Shown: positions 54,197 through 64,000 of the stretch, piece by piece
Position numbering within the stretch: position 1 is the stretch's first letter
How the letters are laid out: each line of letters opens with the position of its first letter
Origin: Raillietiella orientalis
Lineage: Eukaryota
Length of the DNA: 64,000 nucleotides
Reading direction: 5' to 3'
NCBI GenBank assembly: GCA_036172245.1
Contig: JAYWIR010000064.1
Coordinates: 1 to 64,000 of the forward strand
Position numbers and translations under genes: made by a program
Notes under the pieces: generated by a model
Databases searched by the model: none
Seen by the model: the letters and a program-made list of their open reading frames with translations, nothing else
Told to the model about the DNA's origin: nothing

Positions 54197-55091
54197 TTCG
54201 ATGATTTCCCTGCTTTTCCTCTAATTCGTGTCTCTTGCTGATTATTTTCTCATCTGCCGTTCATATGCAATTCCTTGTTTCCTGCTTCCAAAGAGCCAGA
54301 ACCGAGAGCGCGTTTATCCCCATCATCGTGAGTGAATTCTGGGAGCCCTGTTCCAGAAGCACCTGCATGGGACCTGTCTGCTACTCCAGCACTTGCGGAT
54401 GTCGAACTGGGAGCTGCAGAGACGGGATTCGTCTGCTGGACCTGATGTGCCTCTTGCGCAGCAATGGAATGCCTCGGTGCGGTTGGAAATTTGAAGGAAT
54501 CGAGAGAGAGATGAAGATGAAAAAACACGTATCTTCTCTATCTCAATGAGTTGCACGATGTCCTGAAGATGAAATGCAACTGCTCTTACTCTTCCCCTCC
54601 CCCCCGCAACCGAGTTTTGGCTCGCTACGCGGTCGTACGCGGTGCTAAGGTTCCCGTAAGTCCCATTTGGGCCAAACGGGAGGCGTTTGACCTTGCTATC
54701 TTCTGGCTTTCGCTTTTGGTAGAAACTTCCGCATAAAACAGCGAGGGTCCTCCTGCATCACTGCGAAAACTGGATGTGCAAAGAACACAGAGGGGATGCA
54801 TTGGAACTGCTAAGTTGATCTGGGAATGTTCATGCAATTCATAGTTAAGACCGGAGAGGTATAAACTTCCAATCTTTGATTTACATTCTACCTAAAAGCT
54901 GAATGCAAAAATGATTTAAGAGATTGCTTCTGATGAAGTGACCTAAGACGAAAATGATTTTAGAGGCTACACGTGAAGAAGTAACAGGGGGATGGCAAAC
55001 GTTTCTCATAGAGAAATAGCTGAAATGATTCGTCTCGATTCTTAATACAAAGACGTGGAAATGTTCAAGCATCTTCAATTCCATCACGAGT

Positions 55092-58000
55092 CTAATCTTT
55101 TATTGTATTTGGTTCTGATATTTCGCATTCCTGTTTCTCTTTTCTGAAGAGTAAACATAAGATGGATGCGGCAGCCAGCGGTGGACATCCAGCCAACAGA
55201 AATGGAAGCGTGTAGTTCCCTACTGCATCGTAAATAAGCCCTGGAAATAAGGCTTTTTTTCTCCCCCCTTCTTGTTGGAATTAAGTCCTTACCGGCAATT
55301 GCGGGACCAGACATTAATGGTGTTGCACACAACATATACAAAAAACCAATGGCTTGAGATGCACCTTCGGTTCCAACTATATCGAAAGCTATTGGACCAA
55401 TCACAGAAACGAAGCAACCGTCAAAAAATCCAAACACTATGCAAAGCAGTGTCAGTTGCCAGAACTGCGGCACCAACGTCATCAGGATTGTGGAAATTCC
55501 GAAAACACAGAAGGCTACCTAGAATCAGCAAAAATGCGTGTGTGTGGGCGTGTTTTTTTTTTTTTTTCATTCAGTGCTTAATGCACTAGAAGAGGAGAAG
55601 GAAAATTTTTGCTTCCATTCTACTCCAACACTTATTCGTGAGCTGACAATCACTTCTACTTCAGCTGCTGTGTACTGCTCTATGTTCAACAAGAATCTCA
55701 GCTATAAATGTGGATGCAAGAAGGTCGAACAAGATGAGCACCTTAACGAACCCTACACAACAGATGCAAGAATGTAGAATGAGAAGCAGAGTTCTACACC
55801 ATCCTGTAGAACGCTTATGAGCACCTTTATCTGGATTTCCGTGACTTCTCATAGTTTCCGTTTATCGAAAATGCTTAGGATACGCTTCCTAAGAGATGTG
55901 TCTTCTTATCTTCAATGGACTTCTGGATTGCACGACTCTGCGTTCCTCATACTTCCGTTGTACCATGGATACATACGTTTTTTCTTTTTTCTTTCCCTGC
56001 TGTGACTTCATAAATTCAGGGCATCAACAGAGGTTTTCCGTTCTTCAGTGAGGGACCGAAAGGCGTGAAGATTTGCCCCCTAACTCTCTTCAGACTGCCG
56101 ACTTTCAAGTCTCAACCTCATCCCAAACCCTGTGATGCTGCGTAAACGGCAAGCGAGATGGTCGCGAGAGCAACCGTTGTAGCAAAGACTGATCACCACT
56201 TTAGCGTAACTGTGGAATGACGTGCACACGAATGCAACAACCCAACAACGATGACCACCACCATTTGGCACAGAACCGTCCCTCAAAGCATCCGCTCTGC
56301 GGAAAGTCGCGTTCCAGTGCTCATCTGAAGCGTCTGCAAACCACTGCCTGCCATCATTCTGCTATCCTCAAACAAGTCATCCTGTCATCAACTTTGAAAG
56401 TGTGGGCAGCGACGAATTCCGAGCTACAAGACGCGTCGGGCAGTACACGGATGCTTCCCGATTTCGAAGAAATGCGGAAATGGGGAAAAGAAAATGACTT
56501 TATGCAAAGAAATCGAAAGGAAGTCGAAAAGAGACTGACTTTGAAATCAAAGCAAGGAAGCCATTTAGACTTTAGGGAGGGGAAGACTGTGCGTAGGTCC
56601 TTTTTTTCTTTTCTTTTTTTTCATCAACGTCACCATCACAATGTGCTTCTTCTGAGATCAACCGAGGCAGGGGAGCACGCAGTGCGTAAGAAGCCATGTG
56701 GGAGCGGTTGACATTAGCCATACAAAGATTCGATCACTCAGTGAAATCCTGCGGTTACGATGGAGTGATGATAATCAGATGTGAAGATGAAATTCTTGGA
56801 AAGATAATCGCAAAAGACAAGGGAGGGAAAGATTCAGGAAGAAAAAAAGGAAATTACAAAAGTGAGATCTTTGCCATTTTCATAGTGATAGTCGATGAAA
56901 GTAGATGCAAACATGTTGTGGCGTTTAGATGAACTCCAAAAGAAATAGCTTATAATAGGATATTTTACTAATGTAGCTCGATCATGACGTGCTGTTTCGT
57001 TCCTTCAAATCTGCAGCAATGTATCAAAAAAAAAAAAAAAAAGATCAGCTCGAAATGAACTGAACGCGACCATTAGTCACCAGCGAGCAGCACATGACCA
57101 TGAGCCACCAGCGTCTGTTGAGTAAAGGCAGAGCAGTCCACCAGCTGGAAGTTTGGTGGCTCCTAACAGCGGATGCATTTCATTTAATTTCCAGCGGAGG
57201 AACAGCAGCCGAAGCAATAATCGTTTCAGTGATCATTCCAGATCAAATTTCTTCGAAGCATCTTATGGATACAACGGGACAGGGCATATTGAAAGTCAGC
57301 AAGTAGAAGAAAGCCGCAACAAATAAGCCATTCTAACGACAGTACCATGGGAATGATGAATGCAGAGATAAGGGTGGGTGTCCTAAGAGAGTTAAGAGTA
57401 ACCATTATAAATTAGTCTTGCCAGTTAACCAATTAAAAGATGAAGGCCTTCTTATGTCGCGAACCTCGGCAACAACCATCGGAAATTATGAAGAAAAGCA
57501 ACGCTTCTCAGTCGTATTTCGTTAAGGACCTCTCATTTACTGGTTCATCTAATCTTTGAGATCCTTATTCTCTTCTGGCGACTACACTGAGGAACGGCTA
57601 TCGAAGATGTCCCCAAAGAGATAAAGTAGCAAAAACAGCTACTAAGAATAATGACAAAAACATTTGATCAAAGCGAAAGTGGTCACTTCGCAACCAATGA
57701 AGGAATGTTGTTCGTGAAGAGGATTCTGCAGACTTTTTCCCTCCCACTCATAACGAGAGTAGAAGTTGGATGCGGAGATGAGAGAGATCATAAGAAAGTG
57801 GTGGTAACAAAGAGGTTAAAATGACCGTGCTTCTGAGAATGTTTCGAGAAAACTGGCGGCATCCACTGCTTGTAGGAATTCAAAACTTCTTCTGGAAGTG
57901 CAATTTCTGAAGTGAAGCACATATGAGTTGATTTTCGAGGACGAAGGCGATCAGTCGGACGGATAACAGCCGTAGACGCAGATTCTTCGGAAAGCGTGCC

Positions 58001-61000
58001 CAGAAATGACCATTACAAGAACTCGAGCGAATGGCTCGCGTACCGATGGAGATCCTTTTCTGTCTTCGCAGTTCTTCGACACGGTTCCACGCCACCCGAG
58101 GGTGGGTAGTCTTCCAGATAGGGGGTACCCCAAGAGGGGTCCGCCCTATGAATCCAGGAAGGACTCTGAGTCTGTTCCTCTCACGCCTGGGGACGGATCC
58201 CCGGAAATGGGGATCAACTCCACCCTGGTTTTCTCCGAAGGGGAATCCCGAAGAAAAATCTCCTTCCTTATACTGTCTGAAGAGACCCTTGGAGGGATCC
58301 GCTCCGATTTTTCTTCTCTGAGGGGAATCCGGAATGGATACGATCCTGTTTTTACTCCTTTGAAGAGAACCCAGAAGGTGACGCTTCCGAAATTCAAAGG
58401 GTGCAGCTTCCCCGAAGGGATCGGCTCACGTCTCTGCACTCCTTGGAGAGGTGGTGGCGACACACCTATTCCATCAGTCCGACGCGGAGGGGTCCTCCCC
58501 GGAATGGGGGGTTCGCTCCTTCACAACCGGAGGGGTAATTCCCCATTCCGTGATTCCTGGAAGTACCCGGAGGTCGACTCCCATTTGTCCCGGCCCTCAT
58601 CGGGTGGCATCCGGTTTCAACCGCTACCAGTGCCGCACCCGGATGAATGTAGGCGTCATCTTGTGGGGTGAACTCGGGACCCACGACGCACTGTGTCTAT
58701 TCCTTCGAAGTACTCGAACCCACGACGTATGGTGCCACGCTCGAAGACCACCATAACCCTACGGCCTCCGACGCGGGCCATTCGTAACCGGTACGAAGAT
58801 CCAAACTACTGGGAAGAACGGCCGATGATTCCAGCATGTACCAGATCCGATCCAGTGGGCTGCATTTCAATGCACGGAATTGGAAAGGTACCTTTCGTCA
58901 CCAGGCACCGATCCATTCTCAGGAGATGTAAGTGGTGGATGTAAGCTGTGGATGAACTGCGATTAAGCGATCAGATAAACTGCTCTGATCACTTTAGCGA
59001 TGGAATTTCATCGTTCTCTTCAAGATGGCTCATTCCGTTCGTATTTGAGCACGGGATAAACGGTCACTTTCGATCTCATAGCATACATAGCAGCATTCCC
59101 TAACTACGGAGGAAGTGTTTCTCCCGCGCTCCTGGAAGGCAAGAGGAAGTGGAGGACTTTGACTGTAAGAAACAAGGGAATGTGAAAGAACGCTGACTGT
59201 CGGTGGCTCTAGGAATTCCTGCATCAAATCTCACACTGAATGCTCTTCTTTGCGACCCAGAGGGGAGGAAACCTAAATCCCTCTCACGAAACAAACTTGA
59301 GCAGCAAGCAAATGCACGGTTTCGACCACCCATTTTTTCTTTTTTTAAATCAGTTTCCGTGCACCGGAAGCGCTTAGTCTCAGGCAGGTCTTCTTGCATG
59401 CCTGCGTGTGATTTCGTACTACGCTTTCCTTTTACTTTGAAAATCTTCTCTAACTGATCGAGAGAAAAGGACAGTACTATTTCCAAGAGGAAACACTATT
59501 TGTGAGACTTCAAGGATCTCTAATACTACGGTGAAGATGCCGTAGAGCTCGTAACACCTCATCAAGAAGTAGAGCCGGTCGATGCAGATTCTGTTTCTAC
59601 CGTCTTTGAAAGGGAGGCAGGGGGGGTTGAGAGTTTGCAGAAAAAGAACCGTGAGAAGGGCAAAAGAAAATTCCAATTCCTAAAGATGCTGTTCGCTCTT
59701 GGCTCATGAAACTCGTAACTTTGTAACTTCGGATCTTTTTGATTCGCGACCCTTTGTCAAATCTCACTGGCGCTGCGGTGCTCAGCGCTGCCAGTGAAAG
59801 CGTTCTCCAAACTCCGCCCAGGCACGAGAGGTTAAAAAGGAAAATCGAGTTCATCCGAGTCAGAGCTACGAAAGAAAAGCATGTACCTGCTGCAAGAAGA
59901 TTCTGTTTATCTTTGGGGAGTCGGCAAGCCTGCCACAGAACAACTTCCCCAAAGTCGCGCTCGCGGCCAGAAACGCAATCAACTTACCATCTTGGCGGAA
60001 TTTCAGTTTCCCGTACTCAACCTAAAAATGCGCGCTGGTCCATGTTCGGAGCGAGGACCCAACCCTCTTTACCAGGTGAACGAAGGGCACGGAATATCCA
60101 AAGAGGCCGCACGGGATGGCCAAAGCCCAGACGACGTATTTCCTGTTTCGCCACATTTTCGAGCTGCAGAGCGAGGCGAGGCGCTCTTTGAGCCCACGCG
60201 GGGGTGCGCGCGGACGTTCCTCCTGAGGCTTCCATCTCGACGTGGACTCTGCTGGTTTCCGGGTCTTCACGGGAGGCTTGAAGCTCATCCCGCAAGGCAC
60301 GGTCACGCTCGTCATTGCGGCAAGGATTCTGAACGTGCTCGCCAAGCCGAAGTTTGTGAGCGAATAACTCATTAAGAAGGGCATCCCGATGGAAAACACG
60401 GAGCTCCCGCACGTCACAATTCCATTCACCATCCCCAGGTGCTTCTTGAAATAATGCCCCAGTATGATCAGAGAGGGAATGTAAGCTAATGATGTCCCTG
60501 TTCCGAATAAGATTCCGTAGCAAAAGTACAAAGCTGTCACCTGAAATGATAGGCAATGATTTTCGATCTCGGTGTGCCGCAATACGTCCAAGCAGCCAAC
60601 GAAAACACACACTCACGTGACTTGTGAAGAAGGAAGACAGGAGTATCGCTAGCGTAACAGTGATGCCACCTAATGCTGCAGTCTTTTGGGTCCCCAGTCG
60701 ATCCGTCAGTATCCCGCTGATGTACGATGTCAGGAAAGTGAATCCCACGGTGAGTGAGCCGACCAAAGCTGAAATGATGACGCTGGATCGATGCGTGTTT
60801 GGTGCTCACATTTTATTCGTGCATTCCAATTTGTTCACGCGTTCGGCCCTCTCGATTGAGCAAGAAAAAAAAAAAAAATGGAAAGGAAGTACTTGCCGTG
60901 AAGATTCATCAGTCATACCCAGAATTATTCTGATATTTTCTTTCACTTCCAGGTATTCAGAATCGGAGATATTCGGAGCTCGTCGCATCCAGGCTCCGGA

Positions 61001-63688
61001 TGAACTGAATGAGCGTTTTCTACTCTTTCCCGCAGCCACTTTCCTGCTCGCTTTGACCGTGGGCCTTTCCATGACATGATGGCATCCGCGCGCTGCCAAC
61101 AGAATCCTCCGCCAACATCTAAAATCGACGTATGGCGAAGCGAAACCCATCCTCTTGAACGCATCTTGGGCTAGCGGCAGTGGGTCGCTCCGATGATCGA
61201 GTCCTGCTTATGTTCCGGCGGTGATCCAGAACACCTCGAGGACGTCGGCACGATTCCTGGCAGCGCGGAGGAAGATAGACGGTCGAGCACGTACGATGGG
61301 ATAATGCGCTTCGTGGTTCAAAGCTCTTCTCTCATAATCATCCCGCTTTCCTTTCGAATCTCGGATGTGTTGAGGTATCGGTGAGATGCATACGAGCGTG
61401 TCTACCTTTTTTTTTCTTCTCAACAACTCGAGTCCGACATATCGCGAGGTGCCACGCGTAAACTCTTCTGTTCAACTGGAAGCGTACACAAAGAATACAC
61501 AGAGGAAGTATATATATATATATATATATCGAAACAAAAATCTTTTGTGTGCACAGACACGAAGGTTTTTTGCGCCGACACACAAGTTCAGTCTCCCACG
61601 GTCTCTGCTTCCCTGGAGCATTTTTCAACTGCCGTGAGTTCGGAACGATTTCGAAAAGAGTCAGAGAAGAGAATCTTCGCTCGCTGGCTGGTCCATCGCT
61701 TGTCAAGTGATCCCTCCTGTTCAAGGATGAAACGACTTCTTTCCGGGGGGAAAAGTCGAAGTCTGGCATCACTCCAGTCTTCGCTTTGGTTTCCGGCCCG
61801 CTGCAGCGCAGCTCTTACAGTTGGGTTCTTCCTTCGGTGTTGTCGGCCTTGAAGCTTATGATGCTTCCACTCACTCAGGAATAGTTTTCGCCCCCTTCTC
61901 GGAGGACACTTTCGCTCTTGTCCCGAACGGAACGGGAGGCAGATGAGGACCGAGAAAGGAATGGGTACGGTGAGGGTGATAGTGACGTAGGGATGAGCAG
62001 GAGAGGAGGCGGGGAAGAGACTCAGGTCACTTAGGAACAGTTGCTGCCGACAGAAATCGTCGTATCCGAGGAAGGAAGAGCTGCGCCTATCTTCGTGTCT
62101 CTGCGGACTCCGTAGGAAGATTTGAATGCAAAAATGCACAAGTTTTTCGGTACGCAGATTGCTGTGCAATGGTAGTACGAAAAAAAAAAAAAAAAAAAAA
62201 AAACGCGTGACGTGTGAGATGGATCATAAGACCCCGGACCAACGTTTTCCGGTTTGCAAAACAACACCCTGTGCTTCTTGTGCTCTCCCCATTCTCAGTC
62301 GGTGTCGTTCACTGAGACACGAGAGCGCGTAAGCGAGATGTGAACACGGAAGGGTTTATTCGCATATTAGTGAGAGTCACTTGCAAACCGAGACGGAAGA
62401 ATCCCAGACTGCCACTCTGCTCAGAGGCGAAAGGGACTTTGGAAGCACATTCCAAGCAGGCACATCAGGACCTCTAGGGGTGGAAGAAGGAACGGGTCGT
62501 GATCATAGGGATCACAGAAGTGAACAGGTGTTCCTGAGAAAGGTTTCGGAAAAACGGGTGAACTCCGTTAGGACAGTCAATTGATGTGTGCTCGACTGGG
62601 AGGTGGTTCGAAACCACGAACGCCGAAATCCCGAAAAGGTCGTAAAAAATAAACATATTCTACATCGATCAATATACAAATGTGTGTGAACACAATTAGT
62701 TACTCAAGTTTATTAACGTACACATTATCAACAGTAATATTAATTAAGATTCAGTCACACACATTTTATTTATAAAATAAATACGTTCTTGATTATTTTA
62801 TTGATATACGTATGAAAGATTAGAAAAAGTACATGCTTATTATATGCATCGATATGTAGATTAATATATGGATTAACGTATATTACAAAAATTATAAAAA
62901 AAAATCATGCATGTTTATTATATGTATTCATATATATATTGGTACACATATTTATAAATATGTACACATTTATATTTATATGTTTGCGGGTTTATTTATA
63001 TTTACACATATACATTTATGTTATCTATAGATACTGCAATAAGCACATGCATCTGTTTTTTATAATCTTCATAATACATATTAATTTATATATGCAACTA
63101 TATCTAAAAATATTTAAGAATCATATGTTTATTTACTATCATCTTTCTAATGTACATCAATGCAAATATTAATCCTTACATAACTTATGTATGTATGTTT
63201 ACTTTTTTATGACGGTTCGGGCCTCCGATCGGCACCGTGGTCGGCTAACAGGCTGGGCGCACCTCCGAGTGGCGGCGAGCCATCTCCAGTGGCCCGGTGG
63301 CGGTGGAGACTTCCCGGTGGCTCGTGAGGAGCCGACGGGTTCTGCGGACGCGAGCCGGACGCAATGACGTGAGGCCGGACGCACAACCCGGAAGGACTCA
63401 GCTCCAGCAGCTGGAACCGAACGAGCGCGCATCGGATGAACGCAAGCGACGTAAGGACGGACGACATCCGTGGACTGCATTCCGTGAAATATCCATTGGG
63501 AAAGGTGGCCCACCCGTCTTGGTCGCGACATTCTCTGTGTCTTCGATACTCAAATCCTCTTTCAGCTTGACGTAAAGAACACCATAAGAGTTCATTATTC
63601 CTATTAGAATTCCATTTATAAGGAAGGAACTCACGCAAACCAAGTAGGCTCTAGGACCCGTGTCAGGCGGGATGTGCTGATCAGGATC
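55092..63688 (-). CDS. Monocarboxylate/aromatic amino-acid transporter, SLC16A10 (MCT10)/SLC16A2 (MCT8)-like; 5'-partial
   Basis: Exons 63688-63514, 60768-60617, 60540-60073, 60021-59887, 55518-55293 and 55240-55092 are phase-consistent. Motifs PPDTGPRAYLV...FLINGILIGIMNSYGVLY, SLAYIPSLIILGHYFKKHLGMVNGIVTCGSSVF, LFGYSVPFVHL, DGCFVSVIGPIAFDIVG...ASQAIGFL and GPAIAGLIYD. An in-frame stop precedes 63709, so further upstream exon(s) are needed (candidate about 63920-63812, then beyond the window). Confidence 0.92.
61509..61529. repeat. (TA)n microsatellite
   Basis: Uninterrupted TA run inside the SLC16 intron. Confidence 0.8.
62680..63210. repeat. Extremely AT-rich low-complexity tract (degenerate TATA/TACA/TGCA units)
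   Basis: About 500 nt almost devoid of G/C runs, abruptly abutting a GC-rich block at about 63210. Confidence 0.6.
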
Positions 63689-64000
63689 CTGAAATATTTT
63701 AGGATTCACTTAGTCATATTCAGCGGTCAGGACGAAGGGACTTCCGTTTTTAACTACTCCGAAACTTCAAATAAAGAAAAAAGATCCGACGTCCATGCAG
63801 CCAAAGACATACATTCCTGCATCTCGTCTTTTTGTCACGAATCTCTTTGTCTTTAGGAAATTCAAGAGATGCAGCAAGGTGCTGCAGGATGCATTCATCA
63901 GCAAGAAGACTGCGGCACGTGGTCTTGTTAATTCATGGGGAAAAGGGATGGAGAGTCAAAGGATAAAAATTGAAAGGGATGTGATGCCAAGATTCTGACA

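Noticed and set aside
54927..54952. CTGATGA...GAAA hammerhead-like core (similar near-miss on the - strand near 39630)
   Set aside because: Stem II is not properly paired, or the GAAA is missing, and stems I/III are absent.
56080..57310. Two - strand peptides faintly like MCT TM1 (GGGHRCWVVAF; RRWWLMVMCCSLVTNG) inside the SLC16 intron
   Set aside because: Short, embedded in stop-rich frames and without splice context; indistinguishable from chance.
60017..60766. 249-aa ORF in the track
   Set aside because: Composite of a real SLC16 exon, an intron and an out-of-frame read of the next exon; not a separate gene.

Overview
Eukaryotic (metazoan) genomic DNA. SF3B3 and the other proteins look arthropod-like, which is an inference. 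Introns are very short, commonly 38-55 nt. Seven spliced genes can be reconstructed exon by exon with consistent GT-AG phases: UTP18 (-), UBE2M/Ubc12 (+), a short nischarin-like PX-LRR gene (-), a highly diverged Rec8/Rad21-family alpha-kleisin (-), MCRIP/FAM195 (-), SF3B3 (+) and an MCT10/MCT8-like SLC16 transporter (-, 5' end probably outside the window). There is also a candidate orphan coiled-coil gene (+). The main hidden structure is in SF3B3: its only two long coding-region introns each contain a candidate snoRNA. One is an H/ACA RNA whose 3' pocket matches 18S rRNA ACCA-U-A-AACGAUG; the other is a C/D RNA whose D' guide matches 28S rRNA UUGAAACACGGA. Mobile DNA includes a 5'-truncated L1/Tx1-like LINE remnant (zf-RVT CCHC motif plus structured 3' UTR), a degenerate Mutator (MULE)-like transposase relic, and unassigned GC-rich inserts in the transporter introns. 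About 22-35 kb is AT-rich with no confidently recognisable gene. No tRNA, rRNA or CRISPR was recognised.
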